This document shows positions 51,591-64,000 of a stretch of 64,000 bases of DNA, piece by piece. The DNA is from Anthoceros angustus (taxonomy: Eukaryota; Plantae; Anthocerotophyta), in NCBI GenBank assembly GCA_010909165.1, contig VJWM01000117.1, forward strand, positions 884,866 to 948,865, read 5' to 3'. Below the pieces are notes generated by a model. That model had not been told where the DNA came from and ran no database searches. It saw nothing but the letters and a program-made list of their open reading frames with translations. Both the position numbers and the translations under genes were made by a program. The number at the start of each line of letters is the position of its first letter. Position 1 is the stretch's first letter.

Positions 51591-53379
51591 GCTCATCGCT
51601 CACACGTTGTCTTTGCACAAGGTCTTCACAAGGCAATTGACCCTACTAGAAAAGGGCACTTATAAAAGGATGTGCAATTTTTGTTACACTTCCACATTGC
51701 AACATGTTTTGGAGGGTTGGTATTAAGTTTGTTAGTTCGTCTCTGCTGTATCCATCTTAACACGACACTATCTCTTCCCTCCCTTCCGGTACACCCCTCT
51801 CTCACAAGCATTGTTAATAATTTCCACTTCCAACTTCCAAAGATGGTTTGATGGCTTGGTGTTAAGTTGGTCCATTCTTTCTCTTCCTTCTCCCACCATC
51901 CTAACACAATGCTTGGTCTCTCACTTCATGTACCACTTCAATATTGCAACACTTTATGGTGGCTTGGTGTTCAAGGTGTCCTTTTCTTATCCACTTCTCA
52001 CCCCATCTTAACACAATACTTGGTCTCTCTCCTCTCACCTCACCCTCCTATTTATTGCCCCCTTATCACACCCTTTTATACTCTTTCACTTCTCCTCCTC
52101 CTTCATGACCGTGAGAAGGACCTCCCCTATCACGCCATTTTATACTCTTCCACTATTCCTCTTTCAACTTGCTTGTTACAATGACCTCTCTCTCGTGTCC
52201 TTCCTTCCTTTTACCTCCTTTGCATATACTCAATATACATATATATGTTTGTAGGCTTCAAGACATAAGTATGTGTACGCTTTATATGTACACATCCATC
52301 CGTTATACTTCTATTATATTAGTGTATTTACATGCCTCTTTGTATACGTATACGTATATAGGCATCAAGACTTGTTTATATAATAATATATATGTGCTAA
52401 CCCTTACGTCACTCTCATACCTTACATATCTAAGTGTTTGATTTTATTGACAATTTAAATCAAATTTTTGGACACTTCAATCGTCCTCTATCCCTTGCAC
52501 CTTTGTTTCCACCGATGCAATACGAACTCCACGTGATATGGGCATATGCGTGCACCACCAACATGTGCCTCGAATCGGGCGCGACGCCACTTGGTGACCA
52601 ACACCAATGGTTTCGTGGTTCCTCCACATCTTCCTACACCTATCCACCTCTATAACCACTTTCACAATTCTGACCATGTCAATGCCAGGCTACAAAGGTG
52701 GGCGACCAATTCCCTCTTGTTTGTTGCTAATTGACCATCACCGGTCCACCATGCTCGACTCCATCGTCCGCAGGAAAACATCTCGACCATTTACATTCCC
52801 CTCCACAAACGGCCCCCTACCCATAGGTACCAACCATTCCTATGTCACTTGCGCCTACACCCTTCGCCACCGTCCGACTCGGACTCCTCTTGCAGCTTCA
52901 ACACCGTTGTCTTTGCTTGACCCTCTTCGCCAAGACCTCCTCGTTTCCCCCGGTGGTCCACCTTACGTGGCATTCGACCCACTAGCCTCAATGGCTAGCC
53001 CTTCACTCGGCCCCATAGGCTGCCAAATCACCACTTCCACAATTACCAGAAACGAATAGCATTCAATCTCTCGATCCGGGTTGCCACCCTACTCACGCTT
53101 TTGACACGGATCGTGATACGCCTTGTCGGAATCGCCATCACACCTCCAGGATCCCCACCATCCACGTTGCCTCCGGCATCACTTGACGGTGACGCTCCCT
53201 GCTTGGCACCTTCCTCCATCTTCCTTCTCTCCACCGGGTTCCGTTCCTTCACGACCGGCCTTCACCTTCCACCGTTTTCCTTCCCTTCTTCCCTGCATCA
53301 TGCACACGCATCACTTACCACGCCCCTACATAGCGAAACCTACATATCACAACCAAGCATTCCATTAATCACAACGACT

Positions 53380-55870
53380 ATTTTACCACTCCAAGATTCG
53401 CATGTCCAATCCATGCCTTGCTGCCCACTTCAACTCATCCAGGTTGCGCTCCCTCCCGTTGGACATACCGTTTCGAACTCCTTTGCTCCCTCTTGGACCA
53501 AAGGGATTCGTCCCATGCTCGTGCTTGCAATTCTTGCCGACGCGGCGCTGCGGTGTTGGCCACACACCCATGCTTGCGTCACCACGGCTTGCGGCCTTTC
53601 TCCATGCCTTCGTGCTCACATTAGGCGGATGCAACCATTTTGCATCCTTCCCTTCTCCCTCCATGCACTGCGCTTGCCGCACCTTCTTGCCCACATTGTG
53701 GTTCCTTGTCCGCGATGCACCGCAAACCCGGCCACAATATCCTCGCGCTCTATACTTGCAAACTCATACTCTACCTTCCTCACCGCCTTTCGCAAACTTT
53801 CGTGGCTCGACCATGGCACCATCACTCCATTTTGCACACACTAGCTCCAACACACGGTGGAAGGCCTTCCTCACTCGTCCTTCCTCATCGGACGACTCTT
53901 CATCCTCCTCCTCATTCTCTATCCACCCTCCATCGCATAACCGGCTCATGCCATGTACACGCCACCACGCCCATGTAGCCCGCACAACACGGCTATGACA
54001 TCGTCTAATGGCTTACCGGCCGTGTGCCCAATTCTCCAATTTCATGTCTTGGCAATGTAGTCGGCATGTCTTCCTCGACCTCGATCCGCCATCTCCACAT
54101 CTTCCTCCTCGCCTCCGCCTCCCCATCCTCGCTACTGGTGTCCTCCTCCTCACCGCCTCCTCACCATCATAGGCATGCGCTCCTTGGCCCTCCTCCGCAA
54201 CCGCCCACCAGCAGACCGCCCACTCCCACCGCAGGAGTCTCCTCCCTCCAAAGGCTCCCTCCCGCGTTGGACATACTGTTTCGAACTCCTTTGCTCCCTC
54301 TTGGACCAAAGGGATTCGTCCCATGCTCGTGCTTGCAATTCTTGCCGACGTTGCGGCGGCATGGTGTTGGCCACACACACCCATGCTTGCACGTCACCAC
54401 GGCTTGCGCACCTTTCTCCATGCCTTCGTGCTCACATTAGGCGGATGCAACCATTTTGCATCCTTCCCTTCTCCCTCCACTGCGGCTTGCGCACCTTCTT
54501 GCCCACATTGTGGTTCCTTGTCCGCGATGCACCGCAAACTGGCCACAATATCCTCGCGCTCTATACTTGCAAACTCATACTCTACCTTCCTCACCGCCTT
54601 TCTCGCAAACTTTCGTGGCTCGACCATGGCACCATCACTCCATTTTGCACACACTAGCTCCAACACACGGTGGAAGGCCTTCCTCACTCGTCCTTCCTCA
54701 TCGGACGACTCTTCATCCTCCTCCTCATTCTCTATCCACCCTCCATCGCATAACCGGCTCATGCCATGTACACGCCACCACGCCCATGTAGCCCGCACAA
54801 CACGGCTATGACATCGCCTAATGGCTTACCGGCCGTGTGCCCAATTCTCCAATTTCATGTGGCAATGTAGTCGGCATGTCTTCCTCGACCTGATCCGCCA
54901 TCTCCACATCTTCCTCGCCTCCGCCTCCCCATCCTCGCTACTGGTGTCCTCCTCCTCACCGCCTCCTCACCATCATAGGCATGCGCTCCTTGGCCCTCCT
55001 CCGCAACCGCCCACCAGACAGCCCACTCCCACTGCAGGAGTCTCCTCCCCTCCAAAGGCTCCCTCCCGCGTTGGACATACTGTTTCGAACTCCTTTGCTC
55101 CCTCGGACCAAAGGGATTCGTCCCATGCTCGTGCTTGCAATTCTTGCCGGCGTTGCGGCGGCATGGTGTTGGCCACACACACCCCATGCTTGCACGTCAC
55201 CACGGCTTGCGCACCTTTCTCCATGCCTTCGTGCTCACATTAGGCGGATGCAACCATTTTGCATCCTTCCCTTCTCCCTCCACTGCGGCTTGCGCACCTT
55301 CTTGCCCACATTGTGGTTCCTTGTCCGCGATGCACCGCAAACTGGCCACAATATCCTCGCGCTCTATACTTGCAAACTCATACTCTACCTTCCTCACCGC
55401 CTTTCTCGCAAACTTTCGTGGCTCGCACCATGGCACATCACTCCATTTTGCACACACTAGCTCCAACACCGGTGGAAGGCCTTCCTCACTGTCCTTCCTC
55501 ATCGGACGACTCTTCATCCTCCTCCTCATTCTCTATCCACCCTCCATCGCATACGCTCACATGTACACGCCCACGCCCATGTAGCACACAACACGGCTAT
55601 GACATCGCTCTAATGGCTTACCGGCCAGTGCTCTCAATTCTCCAATTTCATGTCTGGCAATGTAGTCGGCATGTCTTCCTCGACCTCGCATCCGCCATCT
55701 CCACATCTTCCTCCTCGCTCCTCTCCCCATCCTCGCCCCGGTGTCCTCCTCACCGCCTCCTCACCATCATAGGCATGCTCCTTGGCCCTCCTCCGCGCGT
55801 CCACCAGCAGACCAGTCTCCACTCCCACTGCAGAGTCTCCTCCCCTCAAAGGCTCCCTCACGCGTTGTTG
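53380..55870. repeat. ~800-bp unit repeated about 3.2 times in tandem, inside the CACTA complex
   Basis: gttggacatac(c/t)gtttcgaactcctttgctccc recurs at about 53458, 54266 and 55069. Minus-strand translations repeat KAFHRVLELVCAKWSDGAMVEPRKF..KAVRKVEYEFASIEREDIV. Confidence 0.88.
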
Positions 55871-58800
55871 GGGTTGTCCGCCACCGAGCGAAGGTCCACA
55901 AAACGTATGCCATCTCTCACAGCCCTGTGGTCACCCTCTTGTGCACCACCACCATGCTCCTCAAGTTGGACATGCCCTCAAGCTCCGGACTAAGGCCAAT
56001 GTCCTCGTTCCTCCGGACGCTGCCCGGCGATCCCTCCTCAGGCTTTGGAATCTCTCAGAAGCATGAGCTCACACCGTTGGAGACACCCACTCCACTTCCG
56101 GCACCGAGCATCGCCGCCTCTTGGCAGCAGACTCCACTCTGTATGAAGGTTCTCCTCCGCACCTCCACCTCTCTCGCCGCTCCCACGCCATGGGCATCCA
56201 CCCTCCACTTGGAATCGGCTTTCCACGACGCCCACCTCACTTGCCGCTTCCACCATCCGGGTGCTTCCATCCAGTTGGGCCGCTCCTCGCGCCAAGTCCC
56301 CTTGCGTGGACCATTTTCCGGCTCGATCTCCTCTCGGCTGGCGCAACGCTGTCGATGGGCCCCAATCCCTCCTTCGGCGACGTTATGGGCACCGACATCC
56401 GCGCCGGATTGGCGGCGTTGTTCGTGCTTAAGCCTTCACCAAATCCTCAAAGTCAACGTCCCAAACCATGGTCGAGGAAGGCCAACCGAGTCACCCGCAT
56501 GCACAACCGATAACCGCGACAAAGTGAACAGGGAACTCCGGCGACGATGGCCGACAAGGCGGTGAGGTAACCTGGGTGATGGGGAAGAGGGGCAAGAGGA
56601 GAGAGGGGAGGCGAGGCGAAGTCCTAGGGCATGCCACCGGCTCATGTGCCATGCATGCCGATTTCCGGGCACAAACTCGAGTTTGCCCACCACCTATATG
56701 TGTACATGTGGCATTCACATGCCTAAAACACCAGCAACTTCGGCGATTGTCCACCACACCATTCTGGCACATATGGCATCCATGCATGTTTGGCATATAT
56801 AGGCATCCCGTGTTTATACGATAATCCAAGGACAAATTTAGCCCATTATGGATTACCATATCCGCATCGAAGGAAAATAATTTCCCTTTGCTCATGCGCA
56901 TTTCGTGGTCCAAGGACAAAACATTCCTTATGTATGGTCATTTCGTGACCCAAGGACAAATGTTCCTCATTTGTCATGACCATGCCTTGGCCTCGGTCAA
57001 TTTTTGGCCATTCCGGATGACCATTTCGAAAGCCAAGGACAAATGTTTCCATTATGGAAGATCATTTTCGATCGACAATAATTTGCCATTGTTCATTACG
57101 TCGTGGTCCAAGGACAATACATTATCATGCATGATCATTTCGTGACCCAAGGACAAATGTTCCTCATTCGTCATGACCATGTCTTTGCCTCATGTCAATT
57201 TTTGGCCATTACGGATGACCATTTGGAGAGCCAAGGATGAATTTGCCCTTTGTGGATTACCGTGACACAATGATTGTGACGATTCCTCCAATAAGACAAT
57301 TTTGCATTTAATCATTTGACCCAAGGACAAGTGTTCGTAATGCCATTTCAAATGCCCCATGCATGCCATTTCAAGGGCAAGACCAGCTTAGAACGCCATG
57401 CTCCACGGACCATGCATGTGTTAATTTGCTATTTTTATGCTTTGCCCTGCTTCGCATACCACATTGCCTACCGATCCACCCGCGATGCGATGTCCGCGAC
57501 ATTCCGTGGAGCCGTGACGGGGTATGGCGGTGGCCATGGTGTGTGGGAGTGGTGGGCGTGGGGCGGTGTGGGGAGGAGGAAAGAGGAGAGAGGAGACTTC
57601 GTGCATGCCAGCAACCTTGCATGCTTTGCATACTTGTTGTACAGAAACCTTCCGTCAACGTATGCCATTCCTCCATGCATGCCATGTATGGTCCCCTATG
57701 TATGACAATGTCATGGCGACAACCCGCCATGAACCAAAGACAATGGCTCCCTATCTCGCATAAACTTGTCTTCCACCGTTGTCCAAGAAAGGTGTGGTGA
57801 AGCCATTTTAATATTTGAAAAGCCGGGGCATGGTAGAAAACATGCCATGTCCGGTCGTGCATTGACGCGCCTGCTCTCTGTTTGTATCTCTTCTTCTACA
57901 CCATTGTGCAAGGTGTACGTGAGAGCCATTCAAGCAAACTAAATGCCCCATTCATTATGCCATGAATGAAGGATATGTGAATTTGCCATATATGCCATGC
58001 TCTCCCATATAATGATGTGCATCGTTCGAGACTCCAGTACCCACCAATCAAACGTCACATGGCGTAACGTGTCATGTATTCACACCTTGGCAGACGCCAA
58101 GTGACGGCCCGACGCCACTCTGGCCGCACCGCAGTAAAGGATATCCGGACCTTGGGAGACATGACATCTACCTTCGTGTTCGGCTCGCTTTGCCCCCGCG
58201 CCACCGCCCTCCATGAATTTACCGCCAACCGCCATCGCTCGATGACTACCGCCATGCCACCGCCATGTCTCCTTTCTCACATGTAAGGAACGGAAATTCA
58301 AGATCCTCTCATCCGCAACCCGATGTGGCACGGAGGACAAGAGGCTGCCTAAGGTCGTGTGTTCCGCTTTAAATGTCACCACCTTGCCCTCGCTTCACGC
58401 TACTACCTTTGTTTTGGTCATCTTCGCATCCGAGGGCGAGCTTGTCTTCCAGGAACACGCCTCGCCGTCGCTCTACCTTGCCGCCTATGACGGACATGTG
58501 CATGCCGCAACGAGCTCCGAAACCACCGTGGGTATCCATCGGTAGCTCGCAGACGAGGCGTGTGTGCATGTCTCCATCTTCACCGCCTAACCGGAAATAC
58601 CGCCGATGGCCATCAAGGATCATATGGGAATGTTGGGCGCGGTGTCCCCGCCTTCACGGGGTAGCTCCTCTTGCTATCCTCACGCCTTGCTTGCCGGGTG
58701 GCGAGTGGTTCCTTCTCTAGCGAGGTGGTCCCTTCTACCGTGCATGGTGTGTGACCGCAGGTATGGATTGCTGGGAGGCGCATGAACACTTTTGTTTGGC

Positions 58801-59949
58801 CCTTTTCTCCAACGCAAGTTCATGCTGCGTGTGAAGGTGTTGTGGAATCCGCATTTGAGAACCCGCAACATTCCGCCTCACCTCACCGCTTTGTGGATCA
58901 TTGCGTGTTTGCACATCGTTGTTGCTGTGCCGGAAACCGACGATGCCCATCAAGGACGAGGGCTGCAGCCTCATCGATGGCCATCAAGGATGATGGAGGA
59001 GGTTGCTCTTGTCGGCCATCAAGGACCTGGTATGGAGTGCCCGCCTTGGCTCTGCCGCCTCGGATCACAGCCGTCGTGTGACTAGGGACGGTTTATACCT
59101 CACAATGGGGTATATGATTACCGTAATTAAACCGGGATGGGAAAGTCCTTCTTCTTTGATCACTACGTGTACTTCTCATGTCACACCCAATAAAACTCGA
59201 TGACCGTCTGCCCGCTGGCGGAATGGATGGGTATGGTTTGGTGCTCACCGCTGACCGCATGACAAGTCACCGCTGCACGCCCTTCCGAGTCACGCGTAAT
59301 AAACAAAGTATGGTGATTGGTGCTATAGCTCTTTGCCTTCTCCTCCTGCACACAAGGCATTCTCTAGATTCCGGTCCATTGCATACCTCGATGGAGAGAA
59401 TTGGCAAGGATTGCGCTCAAGCCTCGGAAGTTGAAGGCGAGGGAGATTGAGAGAGAAGGTAAGGCGATGTACACGCCACCCTCCCGTGAGGGACCGATCC
59501 GCCCCGGGTGATGCGAAGGCAAGAGGAAAGTGGAGGAGCAATCGCGGCGACGGCATCCGGGCGCTGACGGAGTGCCGCCCAAGCCACATTTCCTCCATGG
59601 GAAGAAGAGGCGAACCGCATTCGAGCTACAATTTCTGCAGAGGCCACGATCCAAGGAGGAGGTTCTAAATTGAGTCGCTTTGGATAGAACAAACCGATGT
59701 GGGGCTTCACGTCAAGCGCGCCAGTGGCTCAAGCTACACACTTCACGGAATGGAATTGGGATGCGTTGGACGAAAGATGGAACGCTGGCACCGGGGGGTT
59801 CTTTCACAGAATGGCGACGCAACATGGGAGCTGACAGAGACTTTGAGACAATGAGCTCAACACTATTCCTTGCCAGACGAAGTGGACATGAAGGAGGTTG
59901 TTTACACCAAGGGGAAGGCGCCTCCGAACGCTTTTTTCGCATATGCTTG

Positions 59950-61593
59950 CAAGCTTAGGACGATCAAGGCCGTTGTCGAACTTTATGGATTGTGTGTAAT
60001 CAACTTTAAATCAAAACACGCATCCCCAAATGCAATGACCGACACGCTGTCAACCATCCCGACCGCTGGTGCCGACCACTGCTAGCCAGCGCACATCCTC
60101 TTTCCATTGCGTGTCACCCTACACTACGCCCAATCCGCCCCGTCGGAAGAGTCGGCTACCACGCTGACATAACGCCCGGCAGTTTCCACGCCGCTAGCGC
60201 ACGCACTGCCGCGAACATTGCGCATCCGGGCGTTTCGCCAACCGTTTCCTCGCCCCGAGTTGGGATTGGAAGACGGTGGCTCCTGCGCAAATTCGTTGCT
60301 CATGTCCGAGGCGCGAGGTTCTCGCCCGTGATGCCGCCGTCGATGCGGCATCGCTCGGCGAGCTGCCCTCGATCGTCGGCCGACTTACCGCCGGGTCATC
60401 ACGGACGGCGGATCTCCATAAGCGTGACGCGTTTGTGCTTCCGTCCATGGTTTCGCAAGCACGTTCCAGTCCTACGTGTCGTGTTTATGGGTCATGAAGT
60501 CATGATTGCACACGTGGGACGGGCGTTCGGATGTACCACCTTTGTCTGTGGTTGCGCCTACCGGATCACGACCGGGAGGATGCCACGAAATGCGGTGTAC
60601 ATGTATTGTCCCCGCCATGTGGTCGCGAGCTGCTCGTATTCAAGACACATTTCAAGAATTCACGTCTGCCTGTGCACCAGGTGGCCGTGAGTTCTCTCGC
60701 ATCAATGGCCAGCAAATGCACTCCAATTCTAGCTTTAAGGTGGCTTTTTGCGGTCGGCGAGACACGAGCGGCATAGAAGAGCGGCCGTCTTGACGGCGCC
60801 TCCGCACCCACGGATTCGGATACGGCTCGATGGGTCCGACAGGAACGAGGCCATCCTACCGACCACACTAGTAGTTCCGACGACGAAAGTATGGATGAGG
60901 GTTCGGAGGTGATGATATGCCCGGCACATGGGACGAGTTCCGGAAGCCACGGATGTTGCAAAGGCGCGTGGATGGAGTCCAGTACCGCTGTCGAGCACGG
61001 CGAAACGCTTATACCACATTGAAGAGGAAGTCCAATCGAAAGAAAGCGTGCGCAACATCGTTGTTGCCGCAAACGATGTATGACATCGTTGACGCCGCCG
61101 TGACGCACTTTTAAAGCTCTTAAGTGTGGATATTTTGGCCCAACAAGTCAAAGGACATGTACGAGGCAAAGTCGATGTTGCACATGTTTTGGGCCAAGAT
61201 ACGTGAAAATCCATGCTTGTGAAAAGATTGTATTCTATTCGGTGAGTACGGGCAGCGCCATTGCCCTCGCAGGCACGCCGCGTACAAGGAAGGGTTTGAT
61301 GAGCGAGATGTCGTTTCTCGAAGGTCCTCCGCATTTCCTCAAGACGCGATTGAAACGCATGTTGAAAGCCGGAAATAGCATGATGATGACTTGGTACCGG
61401 GAGGCAAAGCGAGAATGGGGACATGTCCATGATGGCGCATACACCCCAACATGGAGAGTATTTGATGCGCTTGAAGGGTTCGGGATGAACCTCGCAACTT
61501 GAGGTTGGCATTATGCATGACGGCTTCAACCCTTTGGTCACAGTCATCAACACGTCCATATGGCCAGTTATGCTATTCGCTCACAACATGCCT
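59950..61593 (+). pseudogene. CACTA transposase (Transposase_21/tnp2 family) fragment, frameshifted and truncated
   Basis: KSKDMYEAKSML..KIHACEKDCILF..CP..TPRY; TWRVFDA..EPRNLRLALC.DGFNPF..SIWPVMLFAHNMP; cut at 61594 by the repeated terminus. Confidence 0.85.
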
Positions 61594-64000
61594 CCCTACT
61601 AGAAAAGGGCACCCTATATATGGGATGTTGCAATTTTTGTTACACTTCCACATTGCAACATGTTTTGGAGGGTTGGTATTAAGTTTGTTAGTTCTGTCCC
61701 GCTTGTGCCATCTTAACCTAACACGACACTATCTCTCCCCTCCCTTCCGTACACCCTCTCACAAGCATTGTTAATAATTTCCCACTTCCAACTTCCAAGA
61801 TGGTTTGATGGCTTTGTGTTAAGTTGGTCCATTCTTTCTTCCTTCTCCCACCATCCTAACACAATGCTTGGTCTCTCACTTCATGTACCACTTCAATATT
61901 GCAACACTTTATGGTGGCTTGGTGTTCAAGGTGTCCTTTTCTTATCCGACTTCTCACCCCATCTTAACACAATACTTGGTCTCTCTCCTCTCCCCTCACC
62001 CTCCTATTTATTGCCCCTTATCACACCCTTTTATACTCTTTCACTTCTCCTCCTCCTTCATGACCGTGAGAAGGACCTCCCCTATCATGCCCATTTTATA
62101 CTCTTCCACTATTCCTCTTTCAACTTGCTTGTTACAATGACCTCTCTCTCGCCTGTCTTCCTTCCTTTTACCTCCTTTGCATATACTCAATATACATATA
62201 TATGTTTGTAGGCTTCAAGACATAAGTATGTGTACGTTTATATGTACACATCCATCCGTTATACTCTATTATATTAGTGTACGCCTCTTTGTATTGTATA
62301 CACGTACATATATAGGCATCAAGACTTGTTTATATAATAATATATATGCTAACCCTCATACCTTACATATCTAAGTGTTTGATTTTATTGACAATTTAAA
62401 TCAAATTTTTGGACACTTCAATCGTCCTCTATCCCTTGCACTTTGTTTCCACCGATGCAATGAACTCCACGTGATATGGGCATACGTCATGGCACCAACA
62501 TGTGCCTCAAGCGACGCGACGGCGTCACTTGGTGACTCTTGACCAACACCAATGGTTTGGTTCCTCCACATCTTCCTACACCTATCCAAATGACCTCTAT
62601 AACCACTTTCACAATTGTGACCCATGTCAATGCCACAAAGGTGCGAGACCAATTCCTCTTGTTTGTTGCTAATTGACCATCACGGTCCACCCATGCCTGG
62701 CGACTCCATCGTCCAGGAAAACATCTCGACCATTTACATTCCCTCCACAACGGCCCCTACCCATAGATCGGTACCAACCATTCCTATGTCACTTGCGCCT
62801 ACACCCTTCGCCACCGTCCGACCTCGAGACTCCTCTTGCAGCTTCAACACCGTTGTCTTTGCTTGACCCTCTCTCGACCTCCTCGCTCGTCCGTGTGGTC
62901 CACCTTCCGTCGGCATTCGACCCACTAGCCTCAATGGCTAGCCCTTCCTCCGGCCCCATAGGCTGCCAAATCACCACTTCCACAATTAGAGCAAACCGAA
63001 TAGCATTCAATCTCTCGATGCGGGTTGCCACCCTACTCACGCTTTTGACACGGATCGTGTGATCGCCTTGTCGGTGCCATCACACCTGGATCCCCACCAT
63101 CCACGTTGCCTCCGGCATCACTTGTGACGCCCCTTGGCACCTTCCCTCCATCTTCCTTCTCTCCACCGGGTTCCATGCCTTCACGACCTGGCCTTCACCT
63201 TCCACCGTTTTCCCTTCCCCCCGCGGTGTGGCTGGCCCGCCCGCCCGCCCGCCGCGCGCCGCGCCCGACACAATGAGGGCGCCGGGCCGCCGCCTGAGGC
63301 GCTGCTCGCCGCCGCCTCGACACGCCCGCCGCCTGCACTGCCGCCGCCCCGCCCGACTCGCCTCGCCCCCGCCCGCCGCCCGCCGCCCCGATCGCCTAAC
63401 CACCGCCTCAGGCGCAGCAGCCCCGCCAAATCGGCCTCGCCGCCCTAAACCATCCCCGCCTCAATCTTAGGACATGAACCCTAAAACGGGCATGTGGCTT
63501 GCCTACCCTACCCTAAATAACATCAACAAAAAATTTTTGTGCGCGAAAAACACAGAGTGCGAAAAAGAAAGTTCCCTTTCTATCTTCCGTGACCAAGTGG
63601 CTTTGGTGAGTCCCCTTTGGCTACCCCATTTTGGCCGTTACCAAACCGGACACCAAAAGTTTTATGGAAGAAAAAATGTCCGTCCCTCTCGGCCCCTCTT
63701 TGGTATGCTAATCGCTCTCAAATTAGAGCCTTCCAAAAGAAATCAAAATCTTCTAATTTCTATTTTAGAAATAGGTATGAGATTCTTTTGAATAAAAGTA
63801 AGAAAAAGAAACAGATTTAATTTAAATTATATTCAAGAATTAGATAATGAATATCATCTTGACTCTAGAAAGAACGATAGATTCTATCCAATCTAGAATA
63901 AATGTTTTACATTGAAGTGAAAAATGATGGAAAGCCCATCTAGGAGGGACAACCAATGGGGACCCGGGGATCAAGGTGGAGAGGAGCAACCGAGCTCCCC

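Larger units (their letters stand above)
51641..63217. mobile_element. Nested CACTA (En/Spm)-type transposon complex
   Basis: A 1.6-kb direct repeat (51641-53285 and 61594-63217), each copy starting CCCTACTAGAAAAGGG, which resembles CACTA termini CACTACTAGAAAA. It flanks a degenerate transposase and CCAAGGACAA-type short repeats at 56880-57330. Confidence 0.72.

Noticed and set aside
51641-63217. 1.6-kb direct repeats as LTRs of a retrotransposon
   Set aside because: No TG..CA ends, no PBS, no gag/pol; the interior encodes a CACTA DNA transposase.
63225-63460. GC-rich stretch as a gene start
   Set aside because: No consistent ORF or splice pattern follows; probably TE subterminal sequence.
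53101-63470. Dozens of short ORFs in the right-hand repeat zone
   Set aside because: They repeat with the tandem units, lack recognisable domains (except the transposase pieces) and are frameshifted TE remnants.

Overview
Eukaryotic nuclear DNA from a compact land-plant genome. Introns are mostly ~70-120 nt GT-AG, and PLS-class PPR relics are present, one with a DYW:KP/DRH-like tail. A hornwort (Anthoceros-like) origin is my inference, not proven. The window has three zones. (1) 1-17 kb is mostly decayed genes: a lesioned MAP2, a micro-deleted dynamin DRP1 relic, several TORNADO1-like LRR-Roc-COR (ROCO) pieces, a Tc1/mariner-type MITE and a PPR-DYW relic. (2) 17.6-40.6 kb is a dense block of conserved genes: SCPL, TAD1/ADAT1, EMC7, ZIFL, CCT3, WAPL and a Nudix hydrolase, plus one intronless AT-rich RING-H2 orphan. 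(3) 41-64 kb is repeats: a morphing tandem array, a 2.4 kb non-autonomous copia element with LTRs, PBS and TSD, a second PPR relic, satellites and a nested CACTA-type complex. The most striking observation is that TAD1 (minus) and EMC7 (plus) start from the same palindromic GCCATGGC, with their ATGs overlapping. Caveat: single-base homopolymer frameshifts in otherwise intact genes (EMC7, SCPL) suggest long-read consensus errors, so some pseudogene calls may be artefacts.
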